A stretch of 64,000 bases of DNA from Bacteroidaceae bacterium (GTDB lineage: Bacteria > Bacteroidota > Bacteroidia > Bacteroidales > Marinilabiliaceae): positions 4,486-68,485 of the forward strand of contig CAVETY010000007.1 in assembly GCA_963618945.1 (NCBI GenBank). The letters are read 5' to 3'. The notes beneath the pieces were generated by a model that made no database searches, was not told where the DNA came from, and was given only the letters and a program-made list of their open reading frames with translations. The position numbers and the translations under genes were made by a program. Of this stretch, positions 37,296-45,910 are shown piece by piece (position 1 is the stretch's first letter; each line of letters begins with the position of its first letter).

Positions 37296-39593
37296 TCAGA
37301 AGCAATAGCCGATATTGACATTGACATTAAACTTGTCATCGGGCGAATACATCAGCGTGAAATCTAAGGGGAAAACACCAAAAAGATTATAAGCTAAAGA
37401 GACACCGCCGCCATGTATGTACTCAATCGGCTTGAACACCTCGCCATCAGTAATGTAATACTCAAGCCCTTTGAATGTAGCGGCAGAATTGATGTGAAAA
37501 AGCAGATGTACATCAGCCACTGCATTCAAGTCGACAGACAGACGAGCCATAGCCGCCGTCGACTCATACCTGTGAGCCGTCAGAAGGCCATAAAAGTCAA
37601 GGTGACTCGGGAGAAACTGAATGGGTCCGCCAATGGCAGTTTTGTGAACAAAAGTCTTATCACCAAAACCAGCAGCCAAACCAATGGTCTCTCCAAGCGA
37701 GACACGGTCGTTCAGGCTCTGATGCAACTCAAGCCTCGCCATGGCGCGCACCAAGAAATCATAATCATTAAGGCCATGAGCATACAGCACCTCACGCGCC
37801 AAACCTCTCTTGATAGAGTATTGAGGGAAAAGCCCGACGTAGGCATTAAAATCCCATTTCACACCAGATTGCGGGAGGAACTTACGATCTAACGAATTAT
37901 ATCGGCTACGCCCGTTTACAAAAAAGTTATTTATATGTCCCTCAATCCGGTCATCGGAATTACCGACATTGGGAATGACATGAAAATCCTCCCAACCCAA
38001 TTTAAGTGAGATATCACGCCGCGGGTTGATGGTGTTACCGATTGCCGCAGAGACCTCATTGTGAACATAATCATATATGTTGGCCGAACTCTCGTGATCA
38101 TCATAGTCGGGGACCTCGAAACGAGAGTGGTCATACATGATGTCAAGATAATGGTTATCCCTCACGCCAAAGAGTGTCCTATTCCTCACTCGGAAACGGA
38201 ACGACTTGGAGATTGCCAATTTAAAATCGGTTGTAGTCAATCGGCCAAGAAGGCTTCTTCGTTGATAGTCAAGAATTACGGCAGCGTTTGCAAAAGAATT
38301 GTAAGACAGCGCCAACTTGAACGTGGTCATGGGGTTTTCGACGACCGTGCACCTGAACGTCACGTCATTACCAGCTTCTCCGACAGGTATTAATTTATAA
38401 ATCAGATTATTGTAATAGCCTGTCGACATGGCCGACTTAATAGCCGCAGTGAAATCGGCCGGCGTATAATAGTGGCCGACATGAAGATTAAGGGCATGAA
38501 GAAGAAGCTTGCTCGTCGTATTCTCAAGTCCCTTGAAATCAAAATCGACTATACGAACTTGAGAGTCGTAAGCCTTGAGGCGATCAGTTTTTGAGTAAGG
38601 AAGTCCGAAAGATTTGTTCAGTGAATCAGCGAGTTGCTTAAAGAGAGGCTCAAACTCCATTCCGATTGAGTCTCCGATGGCCAAAATAGTATCCGCCGCG
38701 GCAAAACTGGCGGCGCTATAACGCGTCACATCAGGTTCAATGACCATGTCGCAGGCGGCTTTCTCCTCATCCAGATCCTTAGCATCCCGGAAATTCGTTA
38801 TCTGGAGCATCACATCGACCATCGAGGATAATTGGTTAACAGGAGTCAAGCCAGAGAACAGATTGACACCGATGACGAAATCGGCACCCATATCGATGAC
38901 GTCACGTACAGGGAAATTGCGCACAATGCCGCCATCAACCAATTTTGTCCCATTGTAGTCAGTTGCAGAGAAAACGCCAGGGATGGCCATGGAGCTACGC
39001 GTGGCAAATGCTATGTCGCCATGATCAAGCACAACTGCGTCGCCATTAGCCAAATCGGCAGCCACACATAGGAATGGGATATCTAACTTACTGAAATCAT
39101 CTACTTTATATACAGGATAAAAAAGCTCCTGCAAATAGGTCATGACCTGATAAGGCGAAAAAAAACCGGTATTGATTTGCGGGACGAACCCCTTCATGGG
39201 CAGTTCGAGCATATAGTTCTCGAACTCGTCTTTCTCCTCTATAGAGATGTCGCCAAGCACGGGTTTGCTGTTGATCAGCTTCATCCACTCCGTTTGGCGC
39301 GAGAGTTGCTCCATCTGCTCACCACTATAGCCCGCAGCATACATTCCGGCCACGATGGCCCCCATACTGGTTCCAGCAATATAGTCAATGTGGAGACCAC
39401 TGCGGTCAATGGCCTTAAGTACACCGATATGCGCCAATCCTTTTGCGCCGCCTCCACTGAGAACAAGACCAATCTTGGGCCTCTCGCCATCGGGACGCTC
39501 ACGTTTAACTATCTGGGCATCAGCATGTGATGACAAAAGAAGGGAGAGGGAGGTTAGAATAAAAAGGGAGGCGTGTTTCAAAAAAGGACTCAT
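37296..39593 (-). CDS. Patatin-like phospholipase fused to a C-terminal outer-membrane beta-barrel
   Basis: Signal peptide, patatin motifs GLVLSGGGAKG and GTSMGA plus a DGG dyad Asp, then about 400 aa of beta-rich sequence ending NIGYCF (aromatic beta-signal). Confidence 0.85.
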   Translation of the reverse strand: MSPFLKHASLFILTSLSLLLSSHADAQIVKRERPDGERPKIGLVLSGGGAKGLAHIGVLKAIDRSGLHIDYIAGTSMGAIVAGMYAAGYSGEQMEQLSRQTEWMKLINSKPVLGDISIEEKDEFENYMLELPMKGFVPQINTGFFSPYQVMTYLQELFYPVYKVDDFSKLDIPFLCVAADLANGDAVVLDHGDIAFATRSSMAIPGVFSATDYNGTKLVDGGIVRNFPVRDVIDMGADFVIGVNLFSGLTPVNQLSSMVDVMLQITNFRDAKDLDEEKAACDMVIEPDVTRYSAASFAAADTILAIGDSIGMEFEPLFKQLADSLNKSFGLPYSKTDRLKAYDSQVRIVDFDFKGLENTTSKLLLHALNLHVGHYYTPADFTAAIKSAMSTGYYNNLIYKLIPVGEAGNDVTFRCTVVENPMTTFKLALSYNSFANAAVILDYQRRSLLGRLTTTDFKLAISKSFRFRVRNRTLFGVRDNHYLDIMYDHSRFEVPDYDDHESSANIYDYVHNEVSAAIGNTINPRRDISLKLGWEDFHVIPNVGNSDDRIEGHINNFFVNGRSRYNSLDRKFLPQSGVKWDFNAYVGLFPQYSIKRGLAREVLYAHGLNDYDFLVRAMARLELHQSLNDRVSLGETIGLAAGFGDKTFVHKTAIGGPIQFLPSHLDFYGLLTAHRYESTAAMARLSVDLNAVADVHLLFHINSAATFKGLEYYITDGEVFKPIEYIHGGGVSLAYNLFGVFPLDFTLMYSPDDKFNVNVNIGYCF

Positions 39594-39619
39594 CGGGATA
39601 AAAAGACACAGTTTCAGGG

Positions 39620-39627
39620 CAAAGGTA
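39620..39627 (-). promoter_or_regulatory. -7 promoter box (TACCTTTG on minus strand) upstream of the patatin gene
   Basis: Exact TAnnTTTG match, 27 nt upstream of the ATG at 39593. Confidence 0.45.
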
Positions 39628-39802
39628 GCTTATTTCTTTTTGGCATCGGCAAATGAGGTGTAAAAAACGGCTTAGAGAACGGCATTGTAGCCAAAATGGC
39701 AAACGATTTAAGAGGCCTGTGTTTATTAGGGCATGACAGACTGAGGGGGGAAACAAACCTCTGACCATCTGCAAATAAACAAAGCCTCCTAAGACCCCGC
39801 TG

Positions 39803-40100
39803 TCAAAAGACATCAAAAATACCCTTAATACGATGCCCCGGTAAACGATTCCACTCATGCAAGCCCCGATAATAGAACATCTTCAATTCGTCGGTAATGA
39901 TAAAAGGTACAATACCACGATTTAAGCATTCCTTAAACATGATAAGTCGCCCACACGACCATTCCCGTCCTGAAAGGGGCGTATAAGTTCAAAACGCTGA
40001 TGAAAGTCAAGAATATCCTCAAAAGAAATCTTCTCTTTATCCTTGTACACCTTTAGCAACTCCCTGTTTCCCTTTCCAACCTGTTCAAAAAACAAGCAGT
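39803..40100 (-). pseudogene. Fic-family (AMPylase/toxin-like) gene remnant: 5'-truncated, frameshifted, active-site His lost
   Basis: Translation reads ...ELLKVYKDKEKISFEDILDFHQRFELIRPFQDGNGRVG, then after a -1 nt shift RLIMFKECLNRGIVPFIITDELKMFYYRGLHEW. The Fic motif HPFxxGNGR reads RPFQDGNGR here. Confidence 0.8.
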
Positions 40101-40105
40101 TTACT

Positions 40106-40528
40106 TTATCTTTTGATTTTAAACTCACCCAGATATACATTAAACCTGCCATGCGGACAGCAGACATCTTCAAACCAAAGATTCGCAGGATTATAATGAA
40201 AATACTTCCCATTCCGGCTCTGAGTCCTTAGAACCTTATAGCACTCGACATCCTTACCTTCTTTATGATAGAAAAATATCATTGAAGAATCAATCTTTGA
40301 TACCATTGTGGCTAAGCCATTTTTTTCTAAAGTATCTTTAATGGTAGGATAGCCGCTAACCATGTCTAATACGCTATTATCCTCGTAATAACACTTGCCA
40401 AATGCCCAATAACACTTAATCGTAACTCGCTTTCTGAAAATATCCCTCAACCCTTTCCCATAGCAATTTGCGCAAGAGACACCAGCAAGCAACAATAATA
40501 AAACTACAGCAATCCTCTTCATAACCAT
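40106..40528 (-). CDS. Hypothetical Cys-rich lipoprotein (AT-rich, likely acquired)
   Basis: Signal plus lipobox MVMKRIAVVLLLLLAGVSC, with 8 Cys in 140 aa. The region is visibly more AT-rich than its neighbours. Confidence 0.5.
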   Translation of the reverse strand: MVMKRIAVVLLLLLAGVSCANCYGKGLRDIFRKRVTIKCYWAFGKCYYEDNSVLDMVSGYPTIKDTLEKNGLATMVSKIDSSMIFFYHKEGKDVECYKVLRTQSRNGKYFHYNPANLWFEDVCCPHGRFNVYLGEFKIKR

Positions 40529-41045
40529 TTGATTTTTCTCTATATAACGCGCCTTACCATGCTTTTATTGTGGTCGGTGTTAGGTGAAATTAATTATTTC
40601 GCACTATCATGTCAAACAAGAACAACTCCGCACAGAAGATAGATTCAGACAATAGCACGTCTCGCCAAGATGGGCATCACCGGCTTACTACATCAGACTG
40701 ACCGAATCTACAAGACAAACAGGAAAGCGGACTGAGCAGTGAACACTAACTCATTCCCTCCCCTTACCGCTTAGTTGGATTTCTAAAGAAATTGTCGTCT
40801 CAAGGCGAGATTCAAAAAGCAAAGAGCAAAGCGACAATTGCTACAATAGTCGCATGTGTGGCATCAGTAATCTCAGTGGCCTCTATTGTTCTCGCTATTG
40901 TTTTATAGGTTGTTACAACGCAAAACGAGCTAAAGACAAAAGCACTCCGCCTCTTTTTTCTGCGCACATACTTTTGAATTACATGTGGCGTGCGTGCGGA
41001 TCGAGATTGGGCAGGTGGCTAAGGCTGTAAGACAAGGAATGGAAA

Positions 41046-41089
41046 CAAAAAAACATGTCCATCATCTGCATTCGCAAATGATGGACATG
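41046..41089 (-). terminator. Rho-independent terminator after the AKR gene
   Basis: Perfect 12-bp stem catgtccatcat / atgatggacatg, followed on the minus strand by TTTTTTT. Confidence 0.75.
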
Positions 41090-41117
41090 ATATTTGACTA
41101 CTTAAATCTCAAGAAAA

Positions 41118-42491
41118 CTACGCCTTGCCATTACGCCTCAGCTTCTCGGCGAAACGGTCAATCCTGTGAAGCTCCTTGGGAATGTCAATGCGCTGTGGAC
41201 AGTGAACCATGCAACGGCCGCAACCGATGCAATAGGTGGCCTGACGCAGCTTAGGCACACTGCGATCATAGCCCACAAGGAAGACACGCCTATTCTCCTC
41301 ATACGCCTTGCGGGCTACTGGATCGGCAGCGTCAACATCCTCAACATGTGGCATATGACCTTCGTTTATGCACTTATTATAGTGCAAAAGGTTGGCTGGA
41401 ATGTCTATGCCATAGGGACAAGGCATACAGTATTTGCAATCATTGCATGGTATCGTGTTAAAGCTGACAATCTCACGCGCAACATCCTCAAGGAAGTCAA
41501 AATCAGAGTCTGATAAGACATCCAAAGGACAATAGGAGACGAGATTATCACGAAGATGCTCCATGTATGTCATGCCACTGAGCACGGTCAGCACTCCTGG
41601 GAAGGAGCCTGCGTAACGGAAAGCCCAAGAGGCCACGCTTCGACTTGGCTCACGCTCCTTCAGCCTTTGCGCCACGTGAGTGTTTACCTTGGCGAGTCGT
41701 CCACCCAAGAGCGGCTCCATGATGACGGACGGGATGCCACGTTTTTGCAACTCGCCATAGAGATACTCGGCATTCGTATTTCTGTCATTTATCTCTTTCG
41801 CATGATGCCAATCAACGTAATTGAGCTGAATCTGCACAAAATCCCAATGACATTCGTCATGACGCGACAAAAGGTAATCAAACACCTCAATGTCACCATG
41901 GTAAGAGAAACCGAGATTACGAATTCGCCCGGCTTTTCGTTCCTCAAGAAGGAAATCAAGCACTCCATTGTCCTCATATCGGCCTCTATAGGCTTCCATG
42001 CCTCCCATGCCGATGCCATGCAACAACAGATAGTCAATATAGTCAGTCTGGAGTTCCTTGAATGAGTTATGGTACATTGCTATAGAGGCCTCACGACTCC
42101 ATGTCTGAGGAGCGAAATTGGACAATTTTGTAGCAATGTAATACTGGTCTCTCGGATGACGTTTAAGCGCGATGCCCGTTGCCCGTTCACTTAAGCCCTT
42201 GCAATAGGCTGGTGAAGTATCGAAATAGTTGACACCATGCTCTAACGCATAATCAACCAATCGGTTGACCATATCCTGATCTATTTCATCATTTTCATCA
42301 GTTGGCCAACGCATGCAACCATATCCAAGAATCGAGACACGATCACCTGTGGTCGGATTGGTTCGATATGTCATCGCCCCCTTCTGCTCCTCTGCCTCCT
42401 TGACATCATCATTGCCAGAAGATGAGCAGCCTGCCACAGCCACGGCGGCAGCACCTGCGCCTATCCGTTTCAGAAAATCTCGTCTCTCCAT
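41118..42491 (-). CDS. Tat-signal lipoprotein aldo/keto reductase with C-terminal 2x[4Fe-4S]-type ferredoxin domain
   Basis: Twin-arginine motif MERRDFLKRIG with lipobox AVAGC. AKR tetrad context: YFDTSPAY, IATKL and DYLLLHG. C-terminal CNDCKYCMPCP and CIGCGRCMVHCP. Confidence 0.85.
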   Translation of the reverse strand: MERRDFLKRIGAGAAAVAVAGCSSSGNDDVKEAEEQKGAMTYRTNPTTGDRVSILGYGCMRWPTDENDEIDQDMVNRLVDYALEHGVNYFDTSPAYCKGLSERATGIALKRHPRDQYYIATKLSNFAPQTWSREASIAMYHNSFKELQTDYIDYLLLHGIGMGGMEAYRGRYEDNGVLDFLLEERKAGRIRNLGFSYHGDIEVFDYLLSRHDECHWDFVQIQLNYVDWHHAKEINDRNTNAEYLYGELQKRGIPSVIMEPLLGGRLAKVNTHVAQRLKEREPSRSVASWAFRYAGSFPGVLTVLSGMTYMEHLRDNLVSYCPLDVLSDSDFDFLEDVAREIVSFNTIPCNDCKYCMPCPYGIDIPANLLHYNKCINEGHMPHVEDVDAADPVARKAYEENRRVFLVGYDRSVPKLRQATYCIGCGRCMVHCPQRIDIPKELHRIDRFAEKLRRNGKA

Positions 42492-42528
42492 ATCAGCAAA
42501 AATATCTAAAGAATAATACCGACTACTT

Positions 42529-44151
42529 TTAGTTCACCCTGTGATTTTCATGGCCCTCGACATAGATTGCGCTCAAAGGCCGTGTGGGGCAAACATGTTC
42601 GCACGCTCCACAGCCGATGCAACGATCCTCGTGGACTGCAGGAATGCGCAAATCAGGATTGTCAGGATGTTTAACCATTGCGATAGCGCCCATGGGGCAG
42701 TGGCGTGCGCAGTTACCACACTTCACACCCTCCGCATTTACGACGCACCTGTCCGCCACCCAAACGGCGTGACCAATCACAATAGAGCTTTTCTCGGACA
42801 AATCAATATGTTCAATTGCCCCCGCAGGGCAAACAACCGAACAAACATTACACTCCGGCCTACAATAGCCTCGCTCGTAGCTCATGCGAGGCTGCATGAA
42901 AGTGGCGAGGTCAGACGATGGACGCAACACCCCATTGGGACATTTGGCGACACAGACCTGACACCCCGTGCATCGCCTACTGAACTGACGAAGACTCCGC
43001 GCTCCTGGTGGCACAAGGGGAACCTCCCTACGTGAAGGCTTTTTATCCTCAATAATGGCGAGACCGCCATCAGCGACCTTATCCTCCTGAGATTTTACAG
43101 CGGAAGCAGCCACTAACCCAATCCCGACCAAAAACGCACGTTTAGAGACATCAGCTGTTGGGGCTTCAGATGATTGACTATCCTCAGTTTGACCTTCGGC
43201 CGAGGTCACTTTATCATTTAAATGCCTCTTATAGCGAATTGTATATGAAATGGCACCTTTCCGACAATTATCAATACAGTTAAAGCAAGTGACGCAACGG
43301 GAACCATCAATCTCCTGTCCTTTCTCCCTTGGACCATTGATTTTAATACAGGCTGCCTTACAATTCTTTTCACACATTTTGCACCCTACACACTTAGAGC
43401 TGTTAATCACAGGCGCAAAAAGAGAAAACTTAGCTACATAGCCAAGAATGGTACCCACGGGGCAAATAGTATTGCAATAAGTCCTACCATTACGCCATGC
43501 AAGGACGGCAACCGCCACGAAAGTAACTAACGCAACAATAAAAACGGGCAAAGACCGCAACCAAATGTCGGACCTACTAAAAGTATAGTCATCAAAAGAT
43601 TCAGACCCGAAAGCCAAGAGATTGTTGAGTAATTGATATAACGGCTGAAAAAGGTTCTGCGCTATCCTACCAAAAGAGCTGTAGGGGGCAAGGAGGGCAA
43701 CGACACTGCCAAGCCCAACAACCATGGCCAAGATAAAAACAAATAGCACAACAAGCCTCAAAACAGTCTTTGCAGGAGAATATGAATACCTGCGTTTGCG
43801 GGCTCGGAGTCCGAGACGACCAAAGAGATCCTGCAGAAGTCCCATTGGACAGATGACCGAACAATAAATGCGGCCGAAGAGGAGAGTCAGCAGGACAATG
43901 ACAGAGACTACGATGAAATTACCAGCCATAAAAGCTGGTAGAATTTGAATATGCGTCAGCCAATGTAAATGCTCAGCGGCAAATCCGCTCACATCGACAA
44001 ACAAAAACGTTATGGCGGCAAGCATTAGGATGCCTAAAATCATTCGTATGATGCGCAGCATATTCATTACTCTGGTTTTTTGATTTGCTAATGTAGTCAA
44101 AAGAGAAATCAGGAGGAATACCCAAATTACATTATTGCCATTATTCGACAT
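42529..44151 (-). CDS. Membrane polyferredoxin: NapH-like (CX3CP, 4 TM, 2 clusters) fused to NapG-like (4 clusters) module
   Basis: CSVICPMG and CNTICPVG follow TM pairs. Next come CVGCKMCEKNC and CVTCFNCIDNC, then SKRAFLVGIGLVAASAV. The last part has LVPPGA..CTGCQVCVAKCP, CRPECNVCSVVCP, KCGNCARHCP and CIGCGACEHVCP, as in NapG. Alternative starts are at ATG 44067 and 44061. Confidence 0.8.
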   Translation of the reverse strand: MSNNGNNVIWVFLLISLLTTLANQKTRVMNMLRIIRMILGILMLAAITFLFVDVSGFAAEHLHWLTHIQILPAFMAGNFIVVSVIVLLTLLFGRIYCSVICPMGLLQDLFGRLGLRARKRRYSYSPAKTVLRLVVLFVFILAMVVGLGSVVALLAPYSSFGRIAQNLFQPLYQLLNNLLAFGSESFDDYTFSRSDIWLRSLPVFIVALVTFVAVAVLAWRNGRTYCNTICPVGTILGYVAKFSLFAPVINSSKCVGCKMCEKNCKAACIKINGPREKGQEIDGSRCVTCFNCIDNCRKGAISYTIRYKRHLNDKVTSAEGQTEDSQSSEAPTADVSKRAFLVGIGLVAASAVKSQEDKVADGGLAIIEDKKPSRREVPLVPPGARSLRQFSRRCTGCQVCVAKCPNGVLRPSSDLATFMQPRMSYERGYCRPECNVCSVVCPAGAIEHIDLSEKSSIVIGHAVWVADRCVVNAEGVKCGNCARHCPMGAIAMVKHPDNPDLRIPAVHEDRCIGCGACEHVCPTRPLSAIYVEGHENHRVN

Positions 44152-44345
44152 TATTAAGACGCAATCTCAAAAAAAAGATGTGCGCTGCACTGTTAATTGC
44201 CAATACTTACATATTGCTTGCCCCCTGACACAGATTGGCGATACACACAAATTGCGAAGGCTTCTCAAAAACATTGGCAACTCATTAGATGCCTCTAAAT
44301 CTACATTTGCGTCATCACGATAACTATCAATTTACCACCTACAAT

Positions 44346-44384
44346 AAAAAAACAAAGGGGCGACCACACTTATGTGATCACCCC
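44346..44384 (-). terminator. Imperfect hairpin plus T-run about 150 nt downstream of rplI
   Basis: The minus strand reads ggggtgatcac-ataa-gtgtggtcgcccc followed by TTTGTTTTTTT. Confidence 0.4.
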
Positions 44385-44536
44385 TATGTGTGTGTGTTGA
44401 AAATGTATCTGCGTTGTTAATGCAAATTCGCACCGGGCAAACCCAGCTACTTTACAGTCTCAGTAAATTAGCTTACAGTCCAAAAATCCGAAAGACGGAC
44501 AACCAGCAAAGGCTCGGCACACTGGTTAAAATCGGC

Positions 44537-44983
44537 TTACTCAGCGACTACGTCGAACTCAACGTCAACGGACACCTCACGGTGGAGTTTGACCTGAGCG
44601 GTGTAGTGACCAAGCTCCTTGACAGCCTCCTCTTTGACGAGGATGATCTTGCGGTCAATGTCGAAGCCCTTCTCCTTGAGCGCCTCAGCGATCTGGATGT
44701 TGGTGACAGAACCGAAGATTTTGCCGGTAGAGCTGGCCTTAGTGCCGATGGTGAGGGTAACACCCTGCATTTTAGCAGCGAGATCCTCAGCGTCCTGCTT
44801 AATCTTAGCGAGCTTGTGTGCACGCTGCTTAAGGTTCTCAGCGAGTTCCTTGCGAGCAGACTCAGTTGCGAGGATGGCGATGCCTTTGGGGATAAGATAG
44901 TTGCGACCGTAGCCAGGCTTGACAGAGATGATGTCGTCCTTGTGACCGAGCTTCGCAACGTCAGTCTTCAAAATAACTTCCAT
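44537..44983 (-). CDS. rplI: 50S ribosomal protein L9
   Basis: MEVILKTDVAKLGHKDDIISVKPGYGRNYLIP is the L9 N-domain signature. Confidence 0.97.
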   Translation of the reverse strand: MEVILKTDVAKLGHKDDIISVKPGYGRNYLIPKGIAILATESARKELAENLKQRAHKLAKIKQDAEDLAAKMQGVTLTIGTKASSTGKIFGSVTNIQIAEALKEKGFDIDRKIILVKEEAVKELGHYTAQVKLHREVSVDVEFDVVAE

Positions 44984-45005
44984 TGTGCTGTTTTCTCTTT
45001 AAGAT

Positions 45006-45275
45006 TTACTTCAACAGGTCGGTTACGTAGGGCAGAAGGGCCAGGTGACGAGCACGCTTTACAGCCTTAGCCACCTTGCGCTGGAACTTGAGAGAGGTGC
45101 CAGTGATGCGGCGGGGGAGGATCTTGCCCTGCTCGTTGAGGAACTTCTTGAGGAACTCAGGGTTCTTGTAGTCGACGTACTTGATACCGCTGCGCTTGAA
45201 GCGACAGTACTTCTTCTTCTTAACTTCGACAGTTGGAGGGGTGAGATAACGAATCTCAGAAGATGCTTGTGCCAT
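45006..45275 (-). CDS. rpsR: 30S ribosomal protein S18
   Basis: [18 protein letters not shown] ... [10 protein letters not shown] ... [19 protein letters not shown]. Confidence 0.97.
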   Translation of the reverse strand: MAQASSEIRYLTPPTVEVKKKKYCRFKRSGIKYVDYKNPEFLKKFLNEQGKILPRRITGTSLKFQRKVAKAVKRARHLALLPYVTDLLK

Positions 45276-45278
45276 TTC

Positions 45279-45629
45279 TTAGTTCTCCTTTACTTCTTCT
45301 TTTTTAGCTTGGTTTCTACGAGTCTCACTGTACTTGACAGCGTACTTCTCCTGCTTGAAAGTCAGGAAGCGGAGCAGACGCTCATCGCGACGATAGGCGG
45401 TCTCGAGCTTGTTGATGAAGCTGGGGTCAGCCTTGAACTCGAACAGGTTGTAGAAACCTGTGGTCTTCTTCTGAATCGGGTAAGCGAGTTTACGCATGCC
45501 CCAATTCTCTTCGTTTACCATCTCACCTCCGTTGGCAAGGATGAGGTCCTTGTACTTCTGGACCGCTTCCTTCATCTGAGCATCAGACAAAACGGGAGTT
45601 AAAATGAAAACGGTTTCGTAGTTGTTCAT
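45279..45629 (-). CDS. rpsF: 30S ribosomal protein S6
   Basis: [16 protein letters not shown] ... [11 protein letters not shown]. It is the first gene of the S6-S18-L9 operon. Confidence 0.97.
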   Translation of the reverse strand: MNNYETVFILTPVLSDAQMKEAVQKYKDLILANGGEMVNEENWGMRKLAYPIQKKTTGFYNLFEFKADPSFINKLETAYRRDERLLRFLTFKQEKYAVKYSETRRNQAKKEEVKEN

Positions 45630-45666
45630 AAAACTTCGTTGGGTTATAGTGCTTATAAAAACGGTG

Positions 45667-45674
45667 CAAATTTA
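45667..45674 (-). promoter_or_regulatory. -7 promoter box (TAAATTTG on minus strand) for rpsF-rpsR-rplI
   Basis: Exact TAnnTTTG match, 38 nt upstream of the rpsF ATG. Confidence 0.5.
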
Positions 45675-45795
45675 GAGCATTAAGACGAGAAAAGCAACAG
45701 GTTAGGCTCTTTTTGCCAAATATTTCATTGAAAGGAGCAAAACCAGCTTCATGCAACACTATTGTGCGACCTGTAAATTTTCAAGTCGAGAGAAA

Positions 45796-45828
45796 TAAAA
45801 ACGCTCCGTCGCTAAAGACCGTAGCGTT
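45796..45828 (-). terminator. Weak hairpin plus T-run downstream of dapF
   Basis: Stem aacgct / agcgtt, followed on the minus strand by TTTTT. Confidence 0.35.
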
Positions 45829-45910
45829 GACACTTTCACATACAGGTCATGCAAAAATTCGCCCGTTATATTACTTCAGAAAAACGCATAAGTAGTCGAT
45901 ATTCAGCTAA

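Noticed and set aside
39520-39858. 112-aa minus-strand ORF overlapping the patatin start and promoter region
   Set aside because: It overlaps the 5' end of the patatin gene out of frame and spans its predicted -7 box. Part of it is the out-of-frame tail region of the Fic remnant. It has no motif.
44390-45602. Plus-strand ORFs of 226 aa and 185 aa across the rplI-rpsR-rpsF operon
   Set aside because: They are antisense to three unmistakable ribosomal protein genes and have no independent signals.
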